A stretch of 62,963 bases of DNA, the filler included, from Vannella sp. (lineage: Eukaryota): the NCBI GenBank assembly GCA_023345925.1. It is 6 parts of 6 records of this genome, joined end to end, with 100 filler letters (N's around TTAATTAATTAA, not from the genome) between each part and the next. Parts side by side here need not be neighbours in the genome. Positions count along the whole stretch, not along the records: positions 34,583 to 52,606 come from JAJQQN010000709.1; positions 52,707 to 57,343 come from JAJQQN010000680.1; 4 more parts are not named here. One strand, written 5' to 3'. The notes below the pieces were generated by a model. It saw nothing but the letters and a program-made list of their open reading frames with translations. It did no database searches and was not told the DNA's origin. Made by a program: the position numbers and the translations under genes. Below, in pieces: positions 43,177 through 55,111 of this stretch (position 1 is its first letter; every line of letters begins with the position of its first letter).

Positions 43177-43929
43177 CCCAAACGCTGCCCCACATCCATA
43201 TCTATCAACCTCGTAACTTATTCTTCTCCCAGAAGGTAGAGAGTTCAACGCCAGCGACCTCGTTTAAAAGTGCTTTCTAAATTCGACTGGCGCCGGCCTT
43301 TGCGATGCTTGTTTGAGGAAAGGAAGAGGCCAGTACCACTTTCATTATAGCTGTCCTGTCGAACGCAACACCGAACGAGAGCGCATCGCATCGCAAGTGT
43401 CCGTGGTGGAGATCCAGTTGGTATTGTTCCCAGAAAGGACGACCGGTTTGTGGCGTTGAAGAGGTCTTGAAGAGAGGACAGTTGAATGACAGCAAGAGGA
43501 GGAGGACAGACAGTGGAACGACAGACAGCAAGGGGAAGAGGCAATCAACAGAAGAAAAGCACCTCGAGGAGTCCGTCCAAAAATGGAAGCAAGAATACCT
43601 CTTCCGTTTGACCAATCGCTGACCGCATTTGCATTCAGAAGCCATTCCTTCTTCTGTAGACGAAATGCTCCGAAAGAGAGAGTCCACAGCACCCACACTG
43701 TGGGAGGTGAACTCTCCACGGGGCGCCCTCAAAGCAGTTTACTGGCGATCTCCTCAACATAGTCTCCTTCAGCCGTAGAGATCAGTAACTCTGTGCTCCA
43801 GGAATGAACGAAAATTTAAAGGATTCTGAGAAGCGGATCCGGAGGAGGCAAAGTTTCTTTCTTCTTCTGGCCGTCTGCCGTTGGTGAGGGAGTTGGTGTT
43901 GGGAGGAGAGTACTGACGCTACGCAGAAG

Positions 43930-46290
43930 ATGGATGAGCCATCAACGAGGAGGACCAACTCCCCGTTGAACCGAGTACGTTCGTTTGGGCTGAAGAAAAA
44001 GAACTCGGTGCGCCGGGACAACCCTTTGGGAGAGACGGAGGATCCCTCGTTGGAGGTTGCTGTTCCTCAGGACAAACTACCAGCATCAAACAGTTCTGTG
44101 GATACCAGTCAAGCCAAATGGTCGCGAAACACAGAGCTTATCGAGAAGATGCTGGGAAGCGCGAAGAAAGACCTTTCACCTGAACAGATGGACACCCTGA
44201 ACGCTACCCTCCTTGGAGCTGACGGAGGAGCTCAACAGACGAAGAAGGAGCCAAGTTCTGACTCTAAAAGCTCCTCTCGCTCGCGAAACAAGTCGCGAAC
44301 ACACACCAGCGCTGCCAAGTCCACCCGCTTCCTCAAGCTCCCCACCAAGAACAACAGAGCGATCGCAGCTGCTGCAGAGGCAGAGAAGGCATACTTCCAA
44401 CAGATCGACTTGCGCGCTATCGAGATATGCCAGCAGATTGGCTGCGGCGCAAGCTCTGCGGGGGTCTACCTGTGTCTAGTGGACGGATGGGCGTGTGCAA
44501 TGAAGCAGTTACGACGTGAACATGTTGGTGCTATCGATATCAAGTGCTTTGAGAGGGAGATGGACATCCTTTACCAACTTCCCCCTCATCCAAGCATCGT
44601 CCGCTACCTTTTCCACACCTCCTTGGGCTCCGATCTGTGTCTCTTCATGCAGCTCTATAGCGGGACCCTTCGAGAGTACCTTGATGAACGACGGAAGACC
44701 AACAACTACCTCACGCCAGAGAAGATCAGCCAGATAGCTTTGATGTCGGCTCAGGGCATCCAGTTCTTACATCAACACAAGGTCATACATCGAGACATCA
44801 AAGCAGGCAACGTCTTCATCACCAAGAGCGAAAGAGGGGACATCACACGTATTGCTATTGGAGACTTTGACACGTCCTTGCGCGTGAGCGCTTCTCTACG
44901 CAATGTCAAGAAGGAGGCCGAAGATGACATCATCAGCCATGAATCAGTCTCCGATCCGACGATGTTCCGCCCTCACAACCGCCGCGACCTCAACACGACC
45001 GAGAAACGGAACCTGTTTGCTCAAGCCCGGCCTCGTTCGACAGTCGGTGAGTGTTCTAATGGCCTCTTTGAGTATACTGACAAAGCATGGGGTGCCAGGA
45101 ACGACTGGCTTCATGGCTCCCGAGGTCCTTCGGTCACGCGGGTCCACTCCGTACGGGTTTAAAGCAGACAGTGAGTGATTCAGTCCCTTTGCATGTCGCT
45201 AGGTGCTGATTGAGGTGTCTCCGTATCAGTCTACTCCTTTGGAATGCTCCTATACGAGATGCTGACGCTGAAACTCCCTTACGAGCAGTTGGACACCGTC
45301 GAAACGATCGATGCCGTCTTACAGGGGGACGTGGTAGAGTCCATGCAGATCGACGAGATGATCAAGATCAAATACCGCTCTTTAGTAGATCTGTACCGTC
45401 ATGCCACAAGCTCTAATCCTGAGCAGCGCCCATCCATTGACAAGATCATCCAAACGCTTCTTCCAATGGTCAAAGAACACAATTTTACGATGGCAGTAGA
45501 GCGCAAGCACTCTTTGGTCGATCAACTCAACAAGATCACTCAAAATTCCGGCGCCGGAACTCTTTTGGCCGAGCCGGATTTGGCAAACGAAATGGAACTG
45601 GATATGATTCGAGTCACTGGCGATGTTAATGCTGTTGATCCTGTTGTCACTTTCAGAGGTCCTCAGACCCAGCCACTTTCATTGCGAGCGTCAAAAGGCG
45701 AAGCAAGCGATGATGATCTCTTCATTGACTCTCCTCCCCTTTCACCCGGAAGCAAGTCACCGAAAACAGGAGAGGAGGGAACGGGAGCAGCTCCTTTGAA
45801 AGCACAACGTTCAGGCAAATTCCAGAAAACAATGTCTTCCATCCGCGGCATTGGAGGAGGAGGAGGAAGGTCTATCAAGCGGAAGAAGACAGAGGGTACA
45901 GAAGAGTCTGAAAAGACTGAAAAGACTGAAAAGACTGAAAAGCAACGAAAGAGTGCAAGCAAGAGAAGGAGCAAAGAGGATCCCGAAAAGAAGTCTCGCC
46001 GCAACCTGACCAAAGGTGCCTCTCGGGCATCTATTCGCATTGACCCTTCCCCCAATAAGGAACCTAGTGAGACTGGAGCTGAAATTGATCCCTCTGCTGC
46101 TGTGATTGAGACATCACAAGGGGACTCTGACTCCAATCTCGCCTCAGAAGACGAACTGGTTTCCCGTAAGAGACCAAAGCGCAACACCATTAGCAAGACT
46201 ACTCTCCAGCGTATGGTGAATGGCAAACTGGAAGACTACGACCCGGATGCCATCGGTTTCGATGAAAGTATCTTCGACAAGCCTTATTAA
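43930..46290 (+). CDS. Ser/Thr protein kinase (TKL-like) with charged low-complexity tail; 3 exons
   Basis: IGCGASSAGVY, AMKQL, HRDIKAGN, IGDFD, GTTGFMAPE, AD|xYSFGMLLYE and RPS. Confidence 0.93.
45908..45942 (+). repeat. Coding 9-mer tandem (CTGAAAAGA)x~4, encoding SEK/TEK
   Basis: ctgaaaagactgaaaagactgaaaagactgaaaag. Confidence 0.85.
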
Positions 46291-46479
46291 GCTGCTTTCT
46301 CCCGAATAGATCTGTATAGTAGCTCATCTCCTTGCTAATTCCCTTCACCCTTCATCCGCTTCTGCTCTTGGACAAGGCGCTGAAGGTATTCAGAGACTTG
46401 GGCATCCGTTCGGGTGCCAATGTGACCTGCAATGGTCTTCAAGTCGCGGTAGCCGAGCTTGCTTGTCGCTTCTACAAGC

Positions 46480-46880
46480 TTAGCCTTCTCTTCTGCTGTC
46501 CAGGGGGATGATGGCTGGTTGGGAAAGGCCTGGGAATGGGTCAGATGGGGCTGGCACTTCCCCTCTGCTTCCTACCGGTGGTTGTAAGGAGCCTGTTTGA
46601 GGTGGGCGCTTGCCCATCTGCTGGTCTGCAAGAGAGGCCAAATACATTAAGTTTTGCCGCAGCTTATGCTTCAACCTGCCCTCTGTGAGTCCAACCTAAC
46701 CTTGCTGAGCCCCGCGTACTCAGCCACGTTGGCTTGGTCGCCCTGGCCGACGATCCGATTGATCAAATCCGCATTATCGTCCAAATACTATCATCCCTCA
46801 TGTCAATATCTCCTCCCCCTCCTCCCCAGAGGAAGATCTGCGCGCACCTTCTGCACTTGCTCAGGCCCCGGCTGCTCCAT
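46480..46880 (-). CDS. SSXT-domain protein (SS18/GIF-like BAF co-activator); 3 exons
   Basis: QVQK|YLDDNADLINRIV...|KHKLRQNLMYLASLADQQ matches the SSXT domain pattern LDENxxLI...LxxNLxYLAxxAD. Confidence 0.8.
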
Positions 46881-46960
46881 CAAGGGAAATGCAAATAAAA
46901 TAACTTTCTGATAGATTTTCAATGGTTGGCCTCATTGATTAGTGGCGTTCAGGCGGGGAC

Positions 46961-47568
46961 ATGTTCTACGAGGTTGGTGCGGTGGAGGGAGTGAGCGGAT
47001 GATTGACGGAGGTTCAGATGAAGTTGGAACGTACTATTAACGTACACCCAGTGCACTTTGGTCCGGATCTGTTGCGTACGATCCACGAACTGCTCTACAA
47101 GGACGCACAAGGGTCTTTTGAGGGAGACTGCCATATTGTGGCAGTTACAAACATCGATGAGGTCAGGAAGGGAACTATCATTGATGAAACAGGGTTCTCG
47201 CAACACGTTGTGGTGTTCCGAGCGATTGTCCTGCTTCCTTTGCAAAACCAAGTAATCGACGTTATCGTTGAGTTGGTGTCGGCCAATGGCATCCACTGCA
47301 GTGTGGGTCCAGCTGTGAGCATCTTCATACCTGAAGCAAAGGCAGAGGCCTACCACTACGAGGCTGATTCACAGACCTACGTGACGGACGACGGCGTGAC
47401 GATAGAAAAGGGCGACATCGTTCGCACCAAGATCTTCAGCGAACCTAAGTATTACCCAGCCAAGCGCAGTATAGTGAGCCATCAGATCATCCATCTTCTG
47501 TACTGATCCCCCCCGTGCAGGTGTGTCTCGGCACCTTAGCTGATGACTACTTAGGACTCTCTATTTGA
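46961..47568 (+). CDS. RPB7: RNA polymerase II subunit Rpb7
   Basis: MFY...LERTINVHPVHFGPDL, VVFRAIVLLP, VGPAVSIFI and a last exon VCLGTLADDYLGL. Confidence 0.82.
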
Positions 47569-47685
47569 GGTGTACAAGCTGCTCTTGCCTTCTCTGGGTC
47601 TCTCATAGAGAGAGAACTTCTTGTCTAAATGCTTCCTTTGCGTCCTTGGTGGTTCTCGTCGTCATTTTAGTGACTTGTCAAGGGG

Positions 47686-48726
47686 ATGGCACGGTGCGGA
47701 GGGTTGAGTAGCTCTTTGTGGCTGCTCCTCTTGGCTACAGCAGGTCTGGCCATCACAGTAGGCTTTCTGATTCCTGATGTTGGGAGCAAGCGGTCCAGTA
47801 CGCTCTTCCAGAGCTTCCCAGCTGAGAAGGAGTGCGAACAACGACAAACTGCTCGCTTTAGCTTCTCTTACCGTCCTGTAGGTTTCTACTAAGCAATGGA
47901 GAGACTATCATGATGCCTTGGCACATCTACGAGGCCCCACATAGCGCCCTCGTCGCAGAGATTGGGAACAGAAGCTTTGTTGAAGAGTTCCTGTCTGACC
48001 TCGGTCTCTTCCCTTATCTGACTTCCAGTGGGCTCCCTATTGCTATGATAGGTGCAGTGGAGTACAGAGATGGTGCTGCAGGAGCCTACAATGAGATGTA
48101 CGTCTCCTTTGCTGCGAGCAAGACTCCTTCCTCGTCCAGAAACGCTCTTTTTGGATATTTGGCCTTCCTTATTGACATTAACCCGTACCTTGCACCTCTG
48201 AGGACGTTCACAGGGGTAGAAGGGAGCTGTCTTGTAGTGTGGAAGATGTACGTGACCACTCAACGATCCCTTCTGGGTGGAAGGGAGGTTTGGGGATGTC
48301 AGTGACCTCTTCCGTGCCGTTCTCATCACACTCTGACCTCTATTAGATCCCAAGGACCTTGCTGAGATCAGTTTCACGCACGTAGACTCTAATCCTGACG
48401 AGATCAACGAGGCAACGTTGCTCTTGGAGGGCAAAGAAGCGATGGGGATGCTTCGGGCGCCAGGTTGGGATTGGCTTTCGATACCTTTGCCTCTCCCGCT
48501 GGATGGGTTGACAGGAACACCCCGTCGGTTCTTCCATTCGCTGTCTTCGAGTCAAGGACAAGTTCTCTGTCGCTGTCGCTTCTTCGATGAGCGAAAGGAT
48601 CGCTTTCTCGTTTCCCCTTCGAGTGAGGACAGCTTGGATATCGCCCTTCTTCAGCTGCAGCCTTGGCTGTGGGTGGACATGTCCATCTTCGAGGCCGTCC
48701 TCTTCCCACCCTCCGAACCCCTTTGA
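47686..48726 (+). CDS. Acetoacetate-decarboxylase-like superfamily protein with N-terminal hydrophobic anchor; 3 exons
   Basis: IGAVEYRDGAAGAYNEM and MYVTTQRSLLGGREVWG|IPKDLA match the ADC GRExWGxPK motif. Confidence 0.75.
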
Positions 48727-48762
48727 ATCGCCCTTACCAGAAGGCCATGGTAGACTATATAC

Positions 48763-49615
48763 ATGTCTAAGGATCACTTTCGGGAGTGGACGGCGAGGAA
48801 GGCCGGGATGAGCCATCCCCCGGAAGGATTCCACATTCTCTTGGGTGTGAGCGGGAGTGTGGCAGCTGTGAAGGTACCTCGCTTACTTGAAGAGCTCTCC
48901 TCCTTTGCTGAGGTTCGTTTGAGGGTTCTATCGTGTGGACAGCGGGATTGAAGGGAAAGGGGCCAGGTGCGACTCGTTTGTACCACAGCTGGGCGCCATT
49001 TCCTGCAAGAAGAAGATCTGGTGGATGTCAAAGTGTACCAGGATGATACAGAGTGGCTTCTCTTCAAGCAACTGGGAGATCCCGTCTTACATATTGAGGT
49101 AAACGCCCCCTCTGGCTGGTTCTCTCTCCCTCACTCGTTCCAACATAAGCTACGCAAGTGGGCTGATCTTATGATCATTGCCCCTCTTGGAGCCAACACA
49201 CTGGCCAAGCTGGCGACGGGACTGTGCGATAACTTACTTGTGAGAGCCTTCTATTGGTAGATCTCCTCCCACAGAGTGCCTGACGGCGCCATGCGTGGTA
49301 GACGTGTATAACAAGAGCATGGGACTATGAAAACGATCCTCTTTTGCTTGCCCCTTCGATGAACACTCACATGTGGTCACACCCGCTCACTTCCTCCCAA
49401 CTGGAGACGGTGAAGAGCTTCTCTCGCACCGGACGATGCCATGTACTCTCACCTGTCAGCAAGAAGCTTGCATGTGGTGATATTGGTACGCTGCCACTTC
49501 CTATCCGTCCCTTTGAGACTGACTTTCGACCAAACCAGGCTTGGGGGCCATGGCAGAGGTCGAGACTATCGTAGCAGCAGTTCGTATCGAGTATGAACGA
49601 TGGTGTATACGATAA
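48763..49615 (+). CDS. PPCDC: Phosphopantothenoylcysteine decarboxylase (HFCD flavoprotein); multi-exon
   Basis: ILLGVSGSVAAVK, VLHIE|LRKWAD, APLGANTLAKLATGLCDNLL, APSMNTHMW and KKLACGDIG|LGAMAE. Confidence 0.93.
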
Positions 49616-49660
49616 CAGGAGCTTTACCTCCCAGAGAAGCGCAAAGCACGTCTATTGGGG

Positions 49661-50245
49661 TTAGAGGGCGACACAACCGCCTTGTTGTCTCTTGCGAGTG
49701 GTGTTTTGACGGCTTAGAACGATGCTGATGGCTGCAGTGAAGATCTCAGGGAGTCCAGAGCGAGTAAGGGCTGAGCACTCCATGTACTTGAGCGCTTTGA
49801 TCTCCGCCATGAGCTTTTGGCCTTGCGAAGCGTTGACAGGCTGCATCTTCTGTTCAAGGAGAGTCTGTGCAACTTTAGGGTCATCACGTAAGTCTAGTTT
49901 GGTGCCTATCAGTAGGAGAGAAGCACTGGGGCAGTGATGGGACACTTCAGGGTACCATTTGGTGCGGATATTCTCGTACGAAGCAGGAGAGATCAAGCTA
50001 AAGCATACAAGAAACACATCTGTACTTGGGTACGACAAGGGACGAATACGGTCGTAATCCTCCTGCCCAGCAGTGTCCCACAGACCCAAGTTGATGGTCT
50101 TCCCCTCCATCGGCACGTTCGCAGAGTAGTTGTCGAACACAGTAGGCACGTACTCCTTGGGGAACGCATTACTCGTATAAGAGATGAGCATACACGTCTT
50201 CCCCACCGCTCCATCACCCACAACGACGCATTTAATCGCCTGCAT
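49661..50245 (-). CDS. RAC1: Rac-family GTPase, intronless
   Basis: [53 protein letters not shown] and CAAX CVAL. Confidence 0.95.
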   Translation of the reverse strand: MQAIKCVVVGDGAVGKTCMLISYTSNAFPKEYVPTVFDNYSANVPMEGKTINLGLWDTAGQEDYDRIRPLSYPSTDVFLVCFSLISPASYENIRTKWYPEVSHHCPSASLLLIGTKLDLRDDPKVAQTLLEQKMQPVNASQGQKLMAEIKALKYMECSALTRSGLPEIFTAAISIVLSRQNTTRKRQQGGCVAL

Positions 50246-50331
50246 GGGGCCAAGGGCTTGTCCACGAGCGAATGGCTTCCTGACGAGACTGGACCAAGTT
50301 GAGAGGCTTCTTTACGGTATTTGGTAGTGGC

Positions 50332-51896
50332 ATGCTTCGACGAGGGTGGAGGGACGTGGCTTGGAGGGCTGGAGGGAAGGGGCGGAGGTGTTTGTCGGCT
50401 GTTCCGAGGAGCCAGGAGAAGGTGAGGGGGGCTTATGGGGTTGGGGTGTCTGTTGATGAGAGGGCGGTGGCAGGTGATCCTGTTGGGAGGCGTGACGGGG
50501 TCGGGGAAGACCCAGACTTCACTGGAGCTGGCTCATTTGCTTGATGGGGAGATCGTTGTGGGCGATTCAATGCAGTTCTATCGTGGTGCAAACATTGGGA
50601 CGGATAAGATCACTCCAGATCAGGTGCAGAGGTCCTTCCATTCCCTTAAAGGAGGTTCTGATCTCTCCTTTCGATAGATGGAAGGTATTCCACACCATTT
50701 GATCGATTCTATGGCTCCCACTGAGAGCTATACGGTTGGTCTCTTTCACCAGATGGCCACAGCAGCGATCAAGGACATTCTACAACGAGGAAAGGTCCCG
50801 ATCGTCGTTGGTGGGACCGTTTTCTACCTCAAATGGCTTCTCTTTGGACCTCAGAAGGGCGGTCCTTCAGACCAGTCTATTCTACAAGCTATAAAGGCTC
50901 AGCTAGAGGAAGATGGATGCTGGGAGACCAGTCTGGCTCGACTTATGGAACAAGATCCTCTCTATGCGAAGACTCTACGGGTCAATGACTATCAGAAGCT
51001 CACGAGAGCGCTTGTCAAAGTACAGCAGAACAACCTGACTGTCACAGAGTTGGAGTCACAGTGCTCACAAGGTAAGAGAAGACCGAAAAGGCGCTCAGAC
51101 GGACTCTTACTTCCTCTGGTCAGGAGTGGAGGCTTATCAGTTCGACTATCGTTCATTCTACCTTATCAGACCCCGCATTGAGTCTAAGAGGGCAGTTGCA
51201 CGTCGGGTGGAGGAGTTCTTCGTTCGAGGATTGGTCCAAGTAAGCCGCCCGCCAAACTTTCTGTGGGACCACTCAAATACCCCCAGGAAGTGTTCTACCT
51301 CATGGCAGAGCACGGATTAACATGCGAGCATCAAGTATCCGGGGCTTTTGGCTACCAGGAGGTGATAGAACTGCTCTCAAGTGAAGAGGTAAAGTGGATT
51401 CGACCGCTTCCTCTTCTTCTAGCTCACCAAGGGAGCAGCCAATCACCATAGAAACCATCCACAACACAATCAGAAGCATTCAGATCCGAACGAACCAACT
51501 GGTATCGAGACAGATCAAGTTTGCTCGGAATCCGAAGATCAGAGGCCACTGGAGGTGGCTTAACTTGAATGACTTTGGTTCTTCTTCATCAGATCCTTCC
51601 CAGACTCTCAGTGAGAGCGCTTTGGATCACCTGGTCAAGACAATGGTGGAGTACTACCAACTACCACTTGAAGAGGCGCACAGTGAAGAGACCAAACGTC
51701 GCTTTGACCCTCCGGATTGTGTGTTCGATGTGAGTGCCATGAGTGTGGTTCCCTGCATAGTAAGGTGATCTTTGGTTAGGTTCCTGTGGAGATGAAGACG
51801 TTCTGCCCTTCAATTGAGCTATATCAAACAAGGGAGCGAGTATTGCCGCTTATTCAACAGTTCAAGAGCGCCAGGAAGGCGTTAAGTCTACTTTGA
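50332..51896 (+). CDS. miaA: tRNA dimethylallyltransferase (MiaA-type) with Arg-rich mitochondrial-like presequence; multi-exon
   Basis: ILLGGVTGSGKT, DSMQFYRGANIGTDK, IPHHLID, PIVVGGTVFY and AFGYQE. Confidence 0.9.
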
Positions 51897-51931
51897 TAAC
51901 AAAGAGTGTATGAAAGGGAGTACGTGCTGCC

Positions 51932-52393
51932 TTAGAACTCGTACAAAGTACCACCAGGCTTCTGTTCCGAGGGATTCCACTGCTGCCCTGCGTTGTACAT
52001 GTTTCCGAACTCCTGCTTGGGGATACCATTGTCTTGAGTGTATCCACCCATTTGCCCTTGCTCTGGGGAGAGAGTGGCTTCCACAGGCTCGCCGTCGCCT
52101 TCGGGTGCGTTGAGGCAGGACTGGATGAGGTTCTTGCCCTCTGGGAGAGTTACAAATGGCTGAAGCTTTGGGGTAGCAAAGGTGTACACATGGCCAGTCT
52201 CTGAGGCGACAAGGAGCAAAGCCTGGGTTCCAGTCAGAGTAGTGAGCTCATACGCCTTCTTCATCAGTCCTGCCTTGCGCTTGCTGAAGGTGATTTGGCG
52301 CCTGCTCTTGTCAGGAATGAACTCAATCTTGATCTTGCGGCGTCCTCCTCGCTTCTTTGGTACCTCTTCTGCGTCCCCTTCCCCCAGACCCAT
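51932..52393 (-). CDS. SRF: SRF/Mcm1-type MADS-box transcription factor (5' exon uncertain)
   Basis: GRRKIKIEFIPDKSRRQITFSKRKAGLMKKAYELTTLTGTQALLLVASETGHVYTFATPKLQP. Confidence 0.93.
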   Translation of the reverse strand: MGLGEGDAEEVPKKRGGRRKIKIEFIPDKSRRQITFSKRKAGLMKKAYELTTLTGTQALLLVASETGHVYTFATPKLQPFVTLPEGKNLIQSCLNAPEGDGEPVEATLSPEQGQMGGYTQDNGIPKQEFGNMYNAGQQWNPSEQKPGGTLYEF

Positions 52394-52606
52394 CCTAAAA
52401 AGAAATGACTTTTGCAACTGCCAAAACTCGGGACAAGGGAGTGGATTTTTCAATATATTTTGCAGATTTAGTTTATATCATTTGCTACTGTTGAGGAGGA
52501 TTTCCCTTCATGTCCCATAATATCAGCCGGTGAATTGGAGAGGAGAAAGTTCACGGCCCAGATCAACCACGTCCCCTGGCCATGGTTGAAAAGTATCTCT
52601 AAATTC

Positions 52607-52706
52607 NNNNNNNNNNNNNNNNNNNNNNNNNNNNNNNNNNNNNNNNNNNNTTAATTAATTAANNNNNNNNNNNNNNNNNNNNNNNNNNNNNNNNNNNNNN
52701 NNNNNN
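52607..52706. other. Artificial contig linker
   Basis: N44-TTAATTAATTAA-N44. Confidence 0.97.
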
Positions 52707-52807
52707 CTCGTAGCCAATCAATGGGTAGCACGTAACTGGCACCAAATAAGTCCGCAATAATGGTTATGATTTTGGCTTCGTGATACTGCAGGCACTTCTT
52801 TCTCTCC

Positions 52808-54064
52808 ATGAAAGTCCTCGTCACTGGTGGAGCAGGCTTCTTGGGATCTCATCTGTGTGAGAAGCTACTTGGCGAAGGACATGAGGTGATCTGCGTTGAT
52901 AACTTCTTCAGTGGCAGCAAGGACAACGTTCGCCACTTGCTCCCACACCCCAACTTCGAGCTGATTCGGCACGATGTGCAACATCCTCTGACTGTTCAGG
53001 TGGACCAGATCTACCACTTGGCCTGCCCTGCATCACCAATTTACTACCAATACTCTGCCATGGACACTCTCAAGACCTCCGTCCTTGGAACTATCAACAT
53101 GCTGGAGTTAGCTAAGAGCACGAACGCCCGCTTCCTCATCTCTTCCACCTCAGAGGTATACGGAAACCCCCATGAACACCCTCAAACGGAGGCGTACTGG
53201 GGCAACGTGAATCCTATTGGCATCCGCTCGTGTTATGACGAAGGTTCGTTGGTAGCAAGGGCAAGAAACAGTCTCTCACCCCCATGGGTCAGGAAAGCGC
53301 GCTGCAGAGACGATCGTTATGGACTACTTCCGAACTTGGGGCGTGGATGTTCGCATTGCACGTATCTTCAACAGCTACGGACCTCGCATGGACCCCAACG
53401 ATGGCCGTGTTGTCAGCAACTTCATCGTACAGGCCCTGAAGGGTGAAGACATCACCATTTATGGTGATGGAAGCCAAGTGAGCTCTTCTCTATTCAGTCT
53501 TCTCTGTTCTCACATGCAGCAGACTCGCAGCTTCTGCTACTGCAAGGATACCGTGAATGGACTCCACGCTTTGATGAACCAGGAGTTCATCGGCCCGATC
53601 AACATCGGCAACCCTGTGGAGAACACTGTCAAGGAGCTGGCCGTGAAGATCCTTGCAAAGGTACGCTTCCAGCATCCAAAAACGAGCGTGTGTTGACCTC
53701 CGGAAAGATCCCTGACACCAAGTCGAAGTTAATCGAGCTTCCTCTTCCCAGTGACGATCCAACTCGCCGCCTCCCTAACATTGATAAGGCGCGAGCGCTT
53801 CTGGTGAGTGAGAGAAGGTGTCTCTTCCTCGGCTTCTAATCCACGTAGAACTGGGAGCCGGCTTTCCCACTCGACGAAGGACTGGACAAGGCCATTGAAT
53901 ACTTCCGAACAGTCGTGGACGCTCAAAAGGACCCCTTCCGTGAAGAGAAGATCGAGAAGATCCGCCAAGTCACGGTCAACCGAGAGGCTCAAGAGAAGCG
54001 CCTTCGTGATCAACTCGTTCGCCAACAGGAGATCATCGACGCCTGGAAGGCCAAGCAGAACTAG
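52808..54064 (+). CDS. UXS1: UDP-glucuronate decarboxylase (UDP-xylose synthase); multi-exon
   Basis: [57 protein letters not shown] and DDPTRRLP. Confidence 0.95.
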
Positions 54065-54189
54065 AACACATCTCCACTACAGAGCAGTCACTGGGTGTGT
54101 TCTCATTCACCGGAGAGGAGGATTGCTCCTGGGAAAGTGAGAAAAGGATGAGAAGCGCTTTGTTGTGAAGCATTTCTTGAGGACAGGTG

Positions 54190-55050
54190 ATGGTGCTGGA
54201 CCTGAGTGCCTTTGGAACGGTTCAGGTCCGTAAAGAGAACATCCTTGATGGAGCCGCCTTCCTCCTTCACGGGGTATTCTCACCTGAAGAGTGCCGTTCG
54301 TTGATTGAGCAGTCCGAAGAGCACGACTATCAGCCTCTCCATCATCGTTTCCGAACGAACGACCGCACTATTGTGCAGGACTCAGCTTTGGCTGAGCTCT
54401 GCATGGAAAGGATTCGCCCTTTCCTCCCACGCACCATCGCCATCGATCCAAAGCACACCGACTTGCTCTGGGGGAACCGTGGATGGGCCAAGCCTAAAGC
54501 TGAACCCATTAGAACTTGCGCGCAGTCCTTCGACGCGGGGAAATGGCAAGTGGCCGACATGAGCCCCCACTGGCGCTTCTGTCGATACACCCAAGGAGGC
54601 TTCTTCCGCCCTCACAGTGATGCATGTCACGTTGAATCTCCCCTTAGGAGAAGTATCCTCACAGTCAACGTCTACTTGAATGACTGCGACGGCGGAGCTA
54701 CTCGACTGCTTCATGATTACCGACAGCACTCTCCTGAGGATGCCTCAGCTGTTCAACAAGCAGGGAAAGGAGATCTGACATCGTACTGTGATGTACAACC
54801 ACGCGCAGGAACTGCTCTGGTCTTTGTCCATTGGCTTTGGCACGAAGGAGCTCCCTTGGGCTCAGGAATGAAGTATCTCCTGCGCTCTGATGTGATGTAC
54901 GAACGCACACAACAACCCAAACCTCCTGGAATGGCGTTTGCCTTCAGGGAGATGGCATCTGAGGCAGAAGGCGAGGGGAAGACGAAGATCGCCTCTTCTC
55001 TCTACCGCCAGGCCATCAAGCAATACCCTGCCATTGAGCCGTTCCTTTAA
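54190..55050 (+). CDS. 2OG-Fe(II) dioxygenase (prolyl-4-hydroxylase-like)
   Basis: RFCRYTQGGFFRPHSD (HxD), LTVNVYLND..GGAT and HEGAPL..GMKYLLRSDVMY. Confidence 0.9.
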   Translation: MVLDLSAFGTVQVRKENILDGAAFLLHGVFSPEECRSLIEQSEEHDYQPLHHRFRTNDRTIVQDSALAELCMERIRPFLPRTIAIDPKHTDLLWGNRGWAKPKAEPIRTCAQSFDAGKWQVADMSPHWRFCRYTQGGFFRPHSDACHVESPLRRSILTVNVYLNDCDGGATRLLHDYRQHSPEDASAVQQAGKGDLTSYCDVQPRAGTALVFVHWLWHEGAPLGSGMKYLLRSDVMYERTQQPKPPGMAFAFREMASEAEGEGKTKIASSLYRQAIKQYPAIEPFL

Positions 55051-55111
55051 CCTAAACCTATGCTACCGAGCGGGATGCAGCCCTTAGAAGTCCATTTCCA
55101 GCTGTGCGGGC

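Noticed and set aside
43245..43830. Possible minus-strand gene between the F-box gene and the kinase
   Set aside because: Overlapping short ORFs with no recognisable domain; the structure could not be resolved.
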